A stretch of DNA of 64,000 nucleotides from Candidatus Pyrohabitans sp. JdFR-17 (GCA_002011115.2 MTME02000038.1:10475-74474), one strand, 5' to 3'; positions 24,857-35,691 are shown, numbered from the stretch's first letter. Made by a program: numbers and translations. The notes: generated by a model not told the origin, from the sequence alone.

Positions 24857-25993
24857 ATGAAGCTTCTGATTCCTGGTCCCGTGGAGCTGGACAGCGAGGT
24901 TCTCCTCGCCATGGCAAAGCCGCTGATGGGGCACCGCACCCCTGACTTCGAGGAGATACTCGTGGAGTGCTGTCGCATCCTGAAGGAGGTATATCAGACA
25001 CGCAACGACGTGGCTATAATTACAGGCTCCGGCACCAGCGCCATGGAGGCGGCAGTGGCTAGCGTTATTAAGGAAGGCGATGAGGTAATCTCAATCACCG
25101 GCGGAAAGTTCGGCGAGCGAATGGGGGAAATCGCCCAAGCCTTTGGCGCAAGGGTTAAGCGAGTAGATGTTGAGTGGGGAGATACCTTCTCCCTAGAAGA
25201 GGTGGAGAACGCAATCGCCGAGAGCGACGCCGTCGCTATAACCTTAACCCACAATGAGACCAGCACAGGCGTGGTGCACGATGCAAAGGCGCTGGGTAAG
25301 CTAGCCAAGGAGTATGACCTTCTTTTCATAGTCGATGGGATTACCAGCGTGGGTGGCGATGAAGTTAAAACTGATGAGTGGGGCATCGACCTGTGCATCA
25401 CGGGTTCGCAGAAGTGCCTAGCAGCGCCACCTGGCCTGGGTTTCGTGGCAGTGAGTGAGCGCGCGTGGGAAGTAATAGAGAACAACCCGCGGAAGCGGGC
25501 GTATTACCTAGACCTGGCGAAGTACAGGAAGTCGCTGGCCAAGAACACCACACCCTTTACCCCATCGGTCACCCTCATATACGGACTCTACGCGGCGCTA
25601 AAGAAGATAGAGGGGGAGACGCTTGAGGCCAGGATAAAGCGCCACCGCACGCTAGCAAAAGCCACCCGCGAAGCTGCGAAGGCCATGAATCTGGAGCTTT
25701 TCGCAGCACAGCGCTGCGCCAGCAACACAGTTACGGCGATTAAGATCCCATCCGGGCTAACCGACGATGACGTGCGCGGTGCCCTCAAGCGGGAGCATGG
25801 CATCCTTGTGGCAGGTGGGCAAGCGCAGCTTAAAGGTAAAATCTTCCGCTTAGGGCACATGGGCAACGTTCGCTTCGCTGACCTTGTGCAGGTGCTCGCT
25901 GCGCTGGAGCTCGTGCTTAAGAAGGCTGGGCATGAGCTGAAGCTGGGCGAGGGCGTTGCCGCCGCTGAGGAAGTCTTCGCCTCCCAGGGATGA
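24857..25993 (+). CDS. class-V aminotransferase (serine-glyoxylate/aspartate aminotransferase-like)
   Basis: MKLLIPGPV... and ITGSQKCLAAPPGLG (PLP lysine context). I chose ATG 24857, which is 11 nt after a GGAGG, over the track start at 24848. Confidence 0.9.
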   Translation: MKLLIPGPVELDSEVLLAMAKPLMGHRTPDFEEILVECCRILKEVYQTRNDVAIITGSGTSAMEAAVASVIKEGDEVISITGGKFGERMGEIAQAFGARVKRVDVEWGDTFSLEEVENAIAESDAVAITLTHNETSTGVVHDAKALGKLAKEYDLLFIVDGITSVGGDEVKTDEWGIDLCITGSQKCLAAPPGLGFVAVSERAWEVIENNPRKRAYYLDLAKYRKSLAKNTTPFTPSVTLIYGLYAALKKIEGETLEARIKRHRTLAKATREAAKAMNLELFAAQRCASNTVTAIKIPSGLTDDDVRGALKREHGILVAGGQAQLKGKIFRLGHMGNVRFADLVQVLAALELVLKKAGHELKLGEGVAAAEEVFASQG

Positions 25994-26469
25994 GTAGCAC
26001 TTCGTCACACCGCAGGCGAAGCTTGCGGGTAACTCTCGACGGCTACATCTCAGGTAGTATCTTCTTCCTGTGGGTAGCGCTCGCTGGTTACGCCCTTCTC
26101 AGCGCAGATCTTGGCGAAGCGGCATACCTCTGTGCTGTGATGCTCTGCAGCTTTGCGGTGAACACCCTGCTAAAGCTGGCGTTTAAAAAGGAGAGACCCA
26201 ATGAGATAGACGCCAAGAGCAGAAAATTCTACCTGGGTGTGCAGCGCTACTCCTTTCCCAGCGCCCACGTCCAGCTCGCTTTCACAGCTCTAGCACTAAT
26301 TCAGGGTTTCTTCCCCTCCCTCTTTGAAAAAGCGCTGCTCTTAGCCATTGCTACATTTCTCTCCCGCCTCTACCTGGGGAGACACTGGCTGAGCGACGTC
26401 ATTGCGGGGGTTGCGCTTGGCTATGTGATTGGCTATGCCGGGGTCATGTTGTGGGGAGGCATGTCATAA
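25990..26469 (+). CDS. PAP2-family membrane phosphatase
   Basis: The three PAP2 motifs are present: KKERPN, PSAH and SRLYLGRHWLSDV. ATGA overlap with the upstream gene. Confidence 0.8.
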   Translation: MSSTSSHRRRSLRVTLDGYISGSIFFLWVALAGYALLSADLGEAAYLCAVMLCSFAVNTLLKLAFKKERPNEIDAKSRKFYLGVQRYSFPSAHVQLAFTALALIQGFFPSLFEKALLLAIATFLSRLYLGRHWLSDVIAGVALGYVIGYAGVMLWGGMS

Positions 26470-26472
26470 ATT

Positions 26473-28134
26473 TTACCTGACAACCTTGTATATCTTCACC
26501 TCCCCAAGACCGCTTTTATTGCTGTCGTACACCTTTGTGAAGTACCTCTCATCCTCGAATTTCTCTAAGTATACCTCAACGCCATACTCTGTGGCAGGCT
26601 TGAAGTAGCTCAACAGATTGCCGTACTTTTCCATGTTTTTGGAGTAGAAGATGTGCGTAGCGTTGTAGCGCTTTGCAATTTCCCAGGCTTCCCTAGATGA
26701 AGAGGTGTTGTAAAGTATGTAGAGATCGTTCTGCACCTGCCCCGGGGCTTTTATGTAGGGGTAGTCCACATTGCGAAGTGGGAACATTCCTCCAAGTAAA
26801 GCCCTGCCTGCGGTTACACCTGCGAACATCTGAGCGCGGTAGTAGTCGGCAATTATCTTCGCCTCTTCGCCTGTGTTATCCCTGAACCAGAGCGCTGCCC
26901 GGTACTCCTCCGGCACAAGCCCTGAGGCGAGGAAGCGGGAGTCCAAGCCATACTCGTAGCAGCCCATAAGAAGTAGCCCCGCTAAAGCAAGGAGTACAAA
27001 TTTGCGGGCGCCTCTCCAGTATTTCGCTCTGTCACCATGAGCCGCGCTCTGGGTAACCCATCTCATCGCATCGCTTGCTAAAACTCCCACAGCAATCGCA
27101 ACGGGCTGAGCGAGGAAGGGATAAAAGCGGAAGCCTTCGAGGGGCTTCGCCAGAGTATGCCAGGTAAGGTCCACCCTTCCCAGCGCATTCAGAATAACTT
27201 CGTTCTGGGTTTCAAGGAAAATCGGCAGCGCCCAGAGGAGAAGGGGCGCATGCTTGCGTGGGTAGCGGAGGAGCAGATAGAGCATACCAGCGAAGCCTAG
27301 CAAAGCGGCGATTATGCCGTACTCTTCCAGCTGGCGTTCCACAGGGTACATCCCGCTGCTTGTAACGAGCGCATTAATCCACCACCAGTACAGGTTGCGC
27401 GGAAACCACCACGGGGCAGCGAATACCTGCGAGATGGTGATAACAGCTAGTAGGTCCAAGAGCAGGCTAGCTTTTGCCTCTTTTTTGATAATGAGCCCAA
27501 TGCTCACCATCAGCAGAGAGAGGAGCACCAGGAAGTAAGAGAGATGGAGCAGGAAGTTTATACCAAGTACGATACCTAGGAGAACAAGCTTGGGTATACT
27601 CCTTCCCTGCGAGGAGTACCACATCCAGTAGAGGATGTAGATAGGGAGGGCAAACAGGGTGAAGCTCTGGGGGTCGGCGATGCCACTCCAGAACACAAAG
27701 TTTGGAGTTAAAGCGATGGTGATGGTTGCGACTGCTGCGGCGAACCTTCCGGCGAGATGCCTGGCAAGGAAGTAGATGGAAAGGGGGGTGGCAGCTTCCA
27801 GAAAGGGGAGCACCCGGGAGCACAGCGTAGGCAGATCAACCCCAAAAGCCAGGCTTCCCAGCGCAAGAAGCAAAGGGGAGAGCGGAGGATACCACATGGG
27901 AACATAGCCATAGGTGCGATACCTGAGGTCTGGCTCAGGCAGGGCATGGTAGTCTAAAATGTACTGAGCCATAGCTAGGCGGTACCAAATGTCACCCTGA
28001 AAGGTGAGCAGATGCGGATCCACGCTCAGCCTTGGGATAAGCCTCAGCCCAAGACCGAGAAGATACACGGCGAAGAGAAAAGCTGCTTCTCTCCTTTCGA
28101 GGTACAGCAGTGCTCTGAAGCTTTTAACGAGCAT
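26473..28134 (-). CDS. polytopic membrane protein, GT-C-type glycosyltransferase-like (ArnT/PMT-like)
   Basis: 553 aa with more than 10 hydrophobic segments followed by a soluble C-terminal domain. The family assignment is tentative, and no WWDYG motif is present. Confidence 0.55.
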   Translation of the reverse strand: MLVKSFRALLYLERREAAFLFAVYLLGLGLRLIPRLSVDPHLLTFQGDIWYRLAMAQYILDYHALPEPDLRYRTYGYVPMWYPPLSPLLLALGSLAFGVDLPTLCSRVLPFLEAATPLSIYFLARHLAGRFAAAVATITIALTPNFVFWSGIADPQSFTLFALPIYILYWMWYSSQGRSIPKLVLLGIVLGINFLLHLSYFLVLLSLLMVSIGLIIKKEAKASLLLDLLAVITISQVFAAPWWFPRNLYWWWINALVTSSGMYPVERQLEEYGIIAALLGFAGMLYLLLRYPRKHAPLLLWALPIFLETQNEVILNALGRVDLTWHTLAKPLEGFRFYPFLAQPVAIAVGVLASDAMRWVTQSAAHGDRAKYWRGARKFVLLALAGLLLMGCYEYGLDSRFLASGLVPEEYRAALWFRDNTGEEAKIIADYYRAQMFAGVTAGRALLGGMFPLRNVDYPYIKAPGQVQNDLYILYNTSSSREAWEIAKRYNATHIFYSKNMEKYGNLLSYFKPATEYGVEVYLEKFEDERYFTKVYDSNKSGLGEVKIYKVVR

Positions 28135-28182
28135 CCTTCGTCCCCCTATCGCTACGCGAGACGGGTAAAGCCAAAAAGGTTT

Positions 28183-28878
28183 ATGCTCTCAAGGGTTAAA
28201 AGCATAACCGTGGCAAAGCTGAATTTGATAGCGGACATACATGCGAATCTCCCTGCGTTAGAGGCGGTGCTGGATGAGCTTCCCAGGGCAAAGACCATTC
28301 ACCTTGGCGATGTGGTTGGCTACAATCCTTACCCCAGAGAAGTGATTGAGCTTTTAAGAGAGAAGCGCATCGCCTCAGTGCTCGGAAACCACGACCATGC
28401 TGTGGTAACAGGCGACACATCGTGGTTCAATCCGGTGGCTGCAAGAGCTATAGAGTGGACCCGCGAACAGCTTGGTGACGAGGAGCTTGCATACCTAGCA
28501 TCGCTGCCGCTGGAGATTAAAAATGAAGTTTACGCAGTGCACGGCAGCCCGCGCCGCAAGCTGGAGGAGTATGTTTACCCAGATTACCCGGAGGAAGTGC
28601 TCAGCGCATTCCTGAAGCTTGCTTCTCGCGCTGTGTTAGCGATGGGGCACACGCACATTCCCTTCTCACGAAAGCTTAGGGGCACGCTTATTGTTAACCC
28701 TGGCAGCGTGGGGCAACCTCGCGATGGCGATGCGAGGGCGAGCTTCGCATGTATAGACCTCGCAACGCTGGAGGTGGAGATAGTCAGGGTGGAGTACGAC
28801 ATTTCGAGGGTGGCAAAGGACATACTGCGCGCGGGTTTGCCAGCGATCCTCGCACAGCGCCTATACGAGGGGTATTAG
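28183..28878 (+). CDS. metallophosphoesterase (YfcE/MJ0936-like)
   Basis: LIADIHAN, HLGDVVGY, GNHDH and MGHTHIPF. I chose ATG 28183 because the track start at 28012 overlaps the convergent membrane-protein gene. Confidence 0.85.
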   Translation: MLSRVKSITVAKLNLIADIHANLPALEAVLDELPRAKTIHLGDVVGYNPYPREVIELLREKRIASVLGNHDHAVVTGDTSWFNPVAARAIEWTREQLGDEELAYLASLPLEIKNEVYAVHGSPRRKLEEYVYPDYPEEVLSAFLKLASRAVLAMGHTHIPFSRKLRGTLIVNPGSVGQPRDGDARASFACIDLATLEVEIVRVEYDISRVAKDILRAGLPAILAQRLYEGY

Positions 28879-28890
28879 CCTTATAGAACC

Positions 28891-30876
28891 TCACCTAACC
28901 CTTCTTATCCTCCCCTCCTTTATCTCCGCAACATTCATGAAAAGCTCTCTGAAGCTTGAGATCTCCTTGGCGCTGTGCATCTCCTTATTGATAAAGCAGA
29001 TGAAGAAGAGCCCCTCGTTGCTCAGGTGCTCAGCGGTGCGGGAAATAAAGCGGTACGCATGCTCTGCACCAAGGGTGAGAACCACACTTGACAGCGGCTC
29101 AAAGATGAAAAGCGCACCAGCGGGCATCTCCTCAAACACGGCATTGAAATACTCCAGGTTAGCGATGGGCACCTCTTCTATCCCCGAGTCGCTCTTTGGT
29201 GGCGAGCCCTTGGTAGCCAGGTTTATCACCCTCACCCTGCCCTCGCCTATCAGCTTGGCAAACTCCCGGCGATACGCCTCAGTGCGGGGCTGCATGCTCA
29301 CAAGAAACACATCACGCTCATTTGCGATGTGCTCCCTCACTATGCTCGCCACTACCTCGCTTAGCCTGGCGTCAGAGGTGTACTCAATTAGCGCAGACTC
29401 GCCAAAAATAACCTCCTCTTCCTCGGGGGTTATCTCCATCTCTTCAGCGGTAGGCTCCTTTTCCTTGGGAGCCTTCTTTTCAGCAGGAGGCTTAGTCCTC
29501 TTGGGCTTAGCCTCTGGTTCAGCTTCCACCACTTCTGCTTGTGATTCTGCCTCAGCCTCTTTCTGATGCTCCTCTGCCTTTGTCTCCTGTTTTGGTTCAA
29601 GCGCTACAGCGACGACATTCTCCGCGAAGAGGCTTATGGGCCTGGAGTATCTCTCATAGCCTGCGGCCTCAACTTCCAGAAGATACTCCTTTACCTCAAG
29701 GGAGTCGAAGTAGGCTACGCCTAGGTTATTGGTTCTTGCCTCCTTCCGAAAACCATCGCTTATGAGCACCACTCGCGCGTCCCTCACAGGCGTGCCCAAT
29801 CCACGGCGGCTCACCACCACGCTCAGGTCGCTGGCTTTTAATTTTACTGCGAAAACCTCGCCGTGGTCCATGCTTATGTAGCGCTCGTGCTCTTCTGGCG
29901 CTATTCCCTCACCATCTATGATAATGCGATACAGTCCCGGAGCAATCCCTTCAAAGGTGCACCTGCCACTGGAGTCGCTTACTCGAACCTCCTCCAGTCC
30001 TGTATCTCTATTCTGAATTACCACCCTCGCACCAGAGATGGGATTCTCCATCTCGTCGGTTATCATCACTGTAAACCTGTGCCCTCTATACGGCTCCTCA
30101 AACTCTTCCTCCTCTGGCTCCTCCTGCTCCACGTGGGCTCGCTTTCTGCTAAAAATCCCACCTATTGCAGAGAAGAGCGTGCGCAGGGCTCCGGCTGAGG
30201 CAGAGAGCAACCTGAAAGAAATTTTGAGAGAAAACTTCAGCATGCCTTTCAGCGGGCTCAGCCTGAGCCTGGGGAGACTCACATTTACCCTCGCGAGCTG
30301 CCTCAAAACAACGCTTAGGTATAATGCACCCACAAGGAATCCAATCCCGAGAAGCATGCTAGCCTCAAATGCTGAGTAGTAGAAACCCGCAATAAGAAAC
30401 AGGGTGAAAATCAGGAGCCTCTCCGCTCTGAGGCTCAGCCAGCGGGTTACCTCAGCACCGTATTCTGTATGCAACGCTGCCCCCACCACGAGAAGGAGGA
30501 AGAGAAGCATGTACTCCCGGAGGCCCACCCATGGCAGGAGGAGAGGCGGATTTATTGCCATGGAGAAGGAGTAAAGCGCAGAGGCATAAACCACAAAGTC
30601 AAGGCTGGTGTCGAGGGCACGCTTTATTTCCGAGGCAGAGGTAAGGTGGCGCAGTACCTCTCCGGAGAGTGCGCTCAGCAGCAGGGTTACAATCAGCCCA
30701 ATTTTCAACCCCGCTGAGTAAGGATCCTGAGTGAGGGAAAGGTAGAGGAAAAGAGACGCCAAGAGCACTGTGGCTATAGAGAATAGAATAATATATGTGC
30801 TTCTATCCTCTTTATCTTTCTCTATCAGGTACACTAAACCTCTTGCAATGGGAGCAAAAATCACTCGTGCTATCAT
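28891..30876 (-). CDS. membrane protein with carboxypeptidase-regulatory-like beta-sandwich repeats and an inactivated KaiC/RecA-like C-terminal domain
   Basis: N-terminal TM region. ISGARVVIQNRDTGLEEVRVSDSSGRCTFEGIAPGLYRI is CarboxypepD_reg-like, with a second copy present. Acidic/Lys-rich linker. The C-terminal domain is RecA-like but has no P-loop. Confidence 0.6.
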   Translation of the reverse strand: MIARVIFAPIARGLVYLIEKDKEDRSTYIILFSIATVLLASLFLYLSLTQDPYSAGLKIGLIVTLLLSALSGEVLRHLTSASEIKRALDTSLDFVVYASALYSFSMAINPPLLLPWVGLREYMLLFLLLVVGAALHTEYGAEVTRWLSLRAERLLIFTLFLIAGFYYSAFEASMLLGIGFLVGALYLSVVLRQLARVNVSLPRLRLSPLKGMLKFSLKISFRLLSASAGALRTLFSAIGGIFSRKRAHVEQEEPEEEEFEEPYRGHRFTVMITDEMENPISGARVVIQNRDTGLEEVRVSDSSGRCTFEGIAPGLYRIIIDGEGIAPEEHERYISMDHGEVFAVKLKASDLSVVVSRRGLGTPVRDARVVLISDGFRKEARTNNLGVAYFDSLEVKEYLLEVEAAGYERYSRPISLFAENVVAVALEPKQETKAEEHQKEAEAESQAEVVEAEPEAKPKRTKPPAEKKAPKEKEPTAEEMEITPEEEEVIFGESALIEYTSDARLSEVVASIVREHIANERDVFLVSMQPRTEAYRREFAKLIGEGRVRVINLATKGSPPKSDSGIEEVPIANLEYFNAVFEEMPAGALFIFEPLSSVVLTLGAEHAYRFISRTAEHLSNEGLFFICFINKEMHSAKEISSFRELFMNVAEIKEGRIRRVR

Positions 30877-30922
30877 ATGGCATCTCAGTAATGTTTACTA
30901 TGGGAATCTGCAATATTAAACT

Positions 30923-31999
30923 ATGCTGCCTTCTACACTTAATACCCTTTCTGAGCCTTCAGTTCGAATCTTTGCCATAGACATAGGCATGGGAACGCAG
31001 GATGTGCTGGTCTTCGACTCCTCGCGCAACCTGGAGAATAACCCGAAGCTTGTGCTTCCCTCGCCAACGCGTATACTTGCCGCAAAGGTGGCAAGCACCG
31101 CCAGCGATCTGCTGATAACCGGCGAAACCATGGGCGGTGGTCCTTTCGCATTTGCTCTGGGAGAGCACCTGCGCAGGGGCTACCGCGTGGTTATGACACC
31201 CCGCGCTGCGATGAGTGTACGCGACGATTTAGAGCAAGTCAAGGAGATGGGGATTGAGGTAATCCCAGAGGAGGAGGTGGAAAAGCTCAACGGCTTCGCC
31301 AAGCTGGAGACCGGTGATATTGACTTTGAGCTATTCCGGAGCATACTTACACAGGTGGGTGAGCCCTTCAGCTTTGATTATTTCGCTGTAGCCGTGCAGG
31401 ACCACGGCAGAGCGCCTCGCGGTAAGTCGGATCGCGTTTTCCGATTTGAGAAGATTGCAGAGTTTGTGAAGCAACGCAAGCACATGCTCGATTTGGGTTA
31501 TGAGTCGCCACCGGAGTACTACACCCGAATGTGCGCCGTAAGGCGATTGATAGAGAGGAAAACTCAGGCTAAGCCTTTCATCGCAGATTCGAAGATAGCT
31601 GCAATAGTAGGCGCGCTCCATGGCATAGAGGAGCGCCCGGCGATATCTATAGATGTGGGCAACGGCCACACCCTCGTTGCGCTTGTGGATGAGGATAACC
31701 GCGTCGCAGGCTTCATGGAGCACCACACATCGCTGCTAAATAAGGAAAAGCTGGAGCAGCTTGTGGTCCGCTTCGCCGAGGGTGAGCTTACCAACGAGGA
31801 GGTATACAACGACTCCGGGCACGGGTGCGTGATTCGCGAGGGCGTTGGTATAGATAGGGTGAAGAGGATAATGGTCACCGGCCCAAACCGCGGTATGCTT
31901 AGTAACTCCTCGCTTAAGGTGGAGTTCGCTTCTCCAGCTGGAGACGTGATGATGACCGGCGCGGTTGGGCTTGTGGATATGGTGCTGCACAGGCGCTAG
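30923..31999 (+). CDS. ASKHA-fold-like protein (DUF1786-like), unknown function
   Basis: FAIDIGMGTQDVLVF and ISIDVGNGHTLVALV resemble the phosphate-1/2 motifs of actin-fold ATPases. The family name is from memory. Confidence 0.55.
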   Translation: MLPSTLNTLSEPSVRIFAIDIGMGTQDVLVFDSSRNLENNPKLVLPSPTRILAAKVASTASDLLITGETMGGGPFAFALGEHLRRGYRVVMTPRAAMSVRDDLEQVKEMGIEVIPEEEVEKLNGFAKLETGDIDFELFRSILTQVGEPFSFDYFAVAVQDHGRAPRGKSDRVFRFEKIAEFVKQRKHMLDLGYESPPEYYTRMCAVRRLIERKTQAKPFIADSKIAAIVGALHGIEERPAISIDVGNGHTLVALVDEDNRVAGFMEHHTSLLNKEKLEQLVVRFAEGELTNEEVYNDSGHGCVIREGVGIDRVKRIMVTGPNRGMLSNSSLKVEFASPAGDVMMTGAVGLVDMVLHRR

Positions 32000-34353
32000 A
32001 TAGCCTCAATCACCCGCGAAACACCCGCCTTCTTCTCCACCACCAGAAGCTTGTCCGCCGCCTGCTCGAACTCCTTGTCGTGGGTTACCACTATCGTCTG
32101 CGGTATTGAGGAGAGCTTCTTGATTATCTCCACTAGCTCTTGCCTGCGCTGGGCATCGAGGTGAATCGTGGGTTCGTCGAGCATTATCATCTCCATGGCG
32201 CTGCCAGACAAAGCTTTTGCTATACCCAGTCGTAGTGCTAATGCAAGGGCAATTCGCTCGCCGCCGCTTAGCATTTCAGCGCTCTCCTCACCCAGAGGCC
32301 CAAAAACGGTTATGTCGAAGTCCTCGCTCAGGGTAAGCTCGCTGTAGGGAAGGTTGAACTCCTCAAACACCTCGCGGGTGTACTGCTCTATCAGCGGCAG
32401 CGCTCGTCTGCGAAGCTCCCTCTGCAGGTTATCACGGTGGAAGAGACTGCGTATCTTTTTGAGAAGTGCCACAAACTTCTCAAGCCTCTCCTTTTCCAGT
32501 AGCTTTTCTTTTAGCGTGTTTATCTCAGCTTCAAGCTCCTGAATCTCACCTTTAACCCTCCTAACGGCCTCCTCACCAGCACTTATACGCTTCTCAAGCT
32601 CCGTAAGTTTCGCCTGCGCATCCTCACGCTTCCTGCGCACTTTTGCGAGATGCTCTTCAGAAACCTCATACCCGAGCTTCTCCTCAAGCTTCTTCAGCGA
32701 CTCCTCGATGCTCTTAAGCTCCCTCACCGCCTCTTCCATTTTACTCTCAAGTGTATCCCTCTCGTGGGCGTGCTTCCTCAGGTAGCCCCGTGCCTCTATG
32801 TACTCCTCATACGCCTTTGCAAGGGAAGCCTTCTCCCTCTCAACCTCCTCAACCTTCTTAGCAACAGGCTCAAGGAGGCGATGCTCTTCCTCGAGTGCCT
32901 TAAGCTCTTCCCGAAGCTCCTCGGTTCTGTGAATCAGCCTCTCCCTCTCCTTTGCCCTGCTCCCTATAAATGAAAGCTCAGCCTTTAGACGGGTCGCCTC
33001 CTCCAGCTTCTTCTCAACGTAGCCCAGCTCCACCTTCTTATCCTCAACCTCACCCTCCAGCTTTTCTGCACTGCGAAGCGACTCAGCAATTCTGCGCCTG
33101 TATTCCTTACTCAGGCTCTCCTTGCGCTCCTCACTCAGGTAGCTGTCGCAAACAGGACAGCGACTCTCAGCCATCAGCAGCTCTTTCAAAGCCTTCTCAA
33201 CCTCCCTGGCGCGGCCACGAAGCTTTGCCGCCTCCCTAGCAAGAGCATCTACCTCCTGCTTTATACTTGCCCGCGTCTCCTTCATCTCAAGCAACCTGCG
33301 CTCAAGCGTTGCCTCTAGCTCCTCCAGGCTAATAGACGGCGCACCCAGTGTCTTGCAGGCATTCTTTATGGCGCTTTGAATATAGTCTTCCAGCTCCGCC
33401 AGCTTTTTCTCTGCCTCCTCCTTCTCCCTCTCCCTCGCCTTAAGCTCAGCTTCCAGCGCTGAGAGTCTCTCCAGCCTCTTCCTGAGCTCAGCTAACTTAG
33501 CCTCAAGGGAAAGGTATCTTTCTCCCTCCTCTCTCACCGCCTCTAGCTTAGCCGAGTATCGCTTCAGCAACTCCAGTTTCTCCTGGATATGGGTGAGCTC
33601 ATTTGCCAGCACCCTCCTCCGCTGCACAAGGTGAAGGCCCTCCTCAAGCTCTGCCAATTCACCTTCAACCTCTGCCACAGCACGCTCAGCATCGCTGCGA
33701 GCATCTCGCCACTCCTCTAGCTCACCCTCAAGCTTCTTTATCTCAGTGCGCTTCTCTTCGAGCCTCGCCCTTGCCTGCTTAAGCTCAGAATCCACCATCT
33801 CCAGCGCTGCCAGGCGCCTCTCAAACTCCTGCACCACCTCAAGCATCGAGGTGTAGGCTTTCTCCATATCCTCAGCGCCCAGAAGCTTGCCAATAAGCCT
33901 CTTCTTCGCAGAGGGCTGGGCTGATAGAAGGGCATCGATATCCCCCTGACGGATGTAAATAGCACTGGTGAAAAGCTCTGCATTTATTCCCAGGATGCGC
34001 TCAATCTCGCGAGTTACCTCCACCTCACCTTTTGCTCGCAAAACCTCCTCCTCGTCCTTGAGCTCGTAAAGTGAACTTCCTGCGGCTCTGCCCTGGCGGC
34101 GCTTCCTGACAACCTTATACCTTCGACCACCCTCGTGGAATACAAGGCTTACCTGCGTCTCAGTGGCACCCCGCCTTATTAAATCATCCACGCCAACACT
34201 GGAAGTTTTAAAAAGGGCAAAGTTAATCGCCTCGAGTAAAGTTGTCTTTCCAGAGCCGTTCTCCCCAACTATGACTATAATGCCATCGTTGAAGCTTACC
34301 CGTGTTGTGCTGTGGGACCTGAAATCCCTGAGGTACACCTCCTCCACAATCAT
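31996..34353 (-). CDS. rad50: DNA double-strand break repair ATPase Rad50
   Basis: Walker A GENGSGKTT, a long coiled coil with a CPVC zinc hook, signature LSGGE and Walker B MIMLDEP. ATGA-type overlap with mre11. Confidence 0.95.
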   Translation of the reverse strand: MIVEEVYLRDFRSHSTTRVSFNDGIIVIVGENGSGKTTLLEAINFALFKTSSVGVDDLIRRGATETQVSLVFHEGGRRYKVVRKRRQGRAAGSSLYELKDEEEVLRAKGEVEVTREIERILGINAELFTSAIYIRQGDIDALLSAQPSAKKRLIGKLLGAEDMEKAYTSMLEVVQEFERRLAALEMVDSELKQARARLEEKRTEIKKLEGELEEWRDARSDAERAVAEVEGELAELEEGLHLVQRRRVLANELTHIQEKLELLKRYSAKLEAVREEGERYLSLEAKLAELRKRLERLSALEAELKAREREKEEAEKKLAELEDYIQSAIKNACKTLGAPSISLEELEATLERRLLEMKETRASIKQEVDALAREAAKLRGRAREVEKALKELLMAESRCPVCDSYLSEERKESLSKEYRRRIAESLRSAEKLEGEVEDKKVELGYVEKKLEEATRLKAELSFIGSRAKERERLIHRTEELREELKALEEEHRLLEPVAKKVEEVEREKASLAKAYEEYIEARGYLRKHAHERDTLESKMEEAVRELKSIEESLKKLEEKLGYEVSEEHLAKVRRKREDAQAKLTELEKRISAGEEAVRRVKGEIQELEAEINTLKEKLLEKERLEKFVALLKKIRSLFHRDNLQRELRRRALPLIEQYTREVFEEFNLPYSELTLSEDFDITVFGPLGEESAEMLSGGERIALALALRLGIAKALSGSAMEMIMLDEPTIHLDAQRRQELVEIIKKLSSIPQTIVVTHDKEFEQAADKLLVVEKKAGVSRVIEAI

Positions 34354-35585
34354 CTGAAGCCCTCCAGGCTAAGCTGCCCTCTTGAGGCAGTTGCCCGGGA
34401 GCTCTGCTCCCGGCGTGACGGAGTTAACCGGAGCCCAGACCCAGGTGACGGAGGCTGAGGAGCCGCGTTGCTCGTGTCACTCTCATACTGCTCAAAAAAT
34501 TCCCTCGCCGCTTGCAACGCTGCCTCCACCTCGCCCTTTACAAGCAGCCTGAATAGCTCAATCGCCAGCTCCTGCTCATCGCTAGAGTGCTCCTTCAAGC
34601 TCTCCCGGATAAGCTGCTCCACGCTTATTCTTCCAACCTCTCGGGTCTTAGTCTCTTCGCGGGAGTTATGCTTCTTAACGTCTATGTAAAGCACCTTCTC
34701 TGCGAGGTGTGCCAAGATTCGCTGATAGATCCTCTGAAACTCGTGGGAAGGGCAACGCACCTCTATTCGCAGTACAGGTTTGCGCTGATCCAGCGTATCA
34801 GCCAGAGCGTAGATGTCCTCCTCCCTCTCAACCTCCACCCTCTTAAAGGGACGCACCTTCTCAAGAGCAACCCACTCCACGCTCGCGGGCGAGATATCCT
34901 CGGTATCAACTATGAAAAACCCCTTCCCGTTCTTCTCGTACTCCCTTATTTCATCGCTTCTCCACACCTCTGTTGAGCCAGGGTAGGCGAGCAACCCCAT
35001 GCCGAATTTGTCCACTATTCTTTTATGGAGGTGTCCAAGCGCATAGTAGTGAAAGCTCTTCGGCAGATCGGCTAAGTCAACCTCATACTCAAGCTCAAAG
35101 TACTTTCTTATGCCCTGATGCAGGAGAAGTATGCGAGTTTCATGCTTCTCCGCCTCCCGCTCCAGCTGTGAAAGCTTCTCAACCAGAACCCTACGGTGAA
35201 TTTTGGAAAAGTAGGGCAAGCCAGCGATGAAAACATCTCCGTACACGCGGCTCGGCTTCGCAGGCGTAAGAAACTCAATCTCCCGGTAGAGCCTCTGAGG
35301 AGGCACAGCTCCACGCCTCATAAGCATGTCGTGGTTGCCAGCAATGCAGTAAAACTTTATTCCGGCGTCGGTGAGCCTCTCTATGGCTTCGCGCACTCGC
35401 ACAAGGGCTTTAACATGCGGTCTGGGCTCGTCGAAGAGGTCGCCGCTGTGCACAACAAAGTCACACCCTTTGCTTATTATCTTATCCACTGCCTCATCAA
35501 AGACGGCGTAGAAATCCTCCTCCCTTTCATCCAGATTATACTGTCTGTAGCCCAGGTGGGTATCTGCAAGGTGAGCAAAGAGCAT
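34350..35585 (-). CDS. mre11: DNA double-strand break repair nuclease Mre11
   Basis: LADTHLG, HSGDLFD, AGNHD and GHLH phosphoesterase motifs. Confidence 0.95.
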   Translation of the reverse strand: MLFAHLADTHLGYRQYNLDEREEDFYAVFDEAVDKIISKGCDFVVHSGDLFDEPRPHVKALVRVREAIERLTDAGIKFYCIAGNHDMLMRRGAVPPQRLYREIEFLTPAKPSRVYGDVFIAGLPYFSKIHRRVLVEKLSQLEREAEKHETRILLLHQGIRKYFELEYEVDLADLPKSFHYYALGHLHKRIVDKFGMGLLAYPGSTEVWRSDEIREYEKNGKGFFIVDTEDISPASVEWVALEKVRPFKRVEVEREEDIYALADTLDQRKPVLRIEVRCPSHEFQRIYQRILAHLAEKVLYIDVKKHNSREETKTREVGRISVEQLIRESLKEHSSDEQELAIELFRLLVKGEVEAALQAAREFFEQYESDTSNAAPQPPSPGSGLRLTPSRREQSSRATASRGQLSLEGFR

Positions 35586-35691
35586 ATCCTAACCTCACCT
35601 TTACCGCTTTAAAGTTTGCTTATTGGGCTACACCATCTTCCTGTGGAACATATGCACCTTTCCTGAGAGCGGCGGAAAAGTAAAAAAAGAG

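Noticed and set aside
28012-28182. The track start at 28012 for the metallophosphoesterase.
   Set aside because: The extension overlaps the 5' end of the convergent/divergent 553-aa membrane-protein gene and has no phosphoesterase similarity. ATG 28183 sits just before the first metal-binding motif.
31996-35585. mre11-rad50 without adjacent herA/nurA, considered as an anomaly.
   Set aside because: Linkage of the four genes is not universal in Euryarchaeota, and herA/nurA may lie elsewhere in the genome. This cannot be judged from one window.
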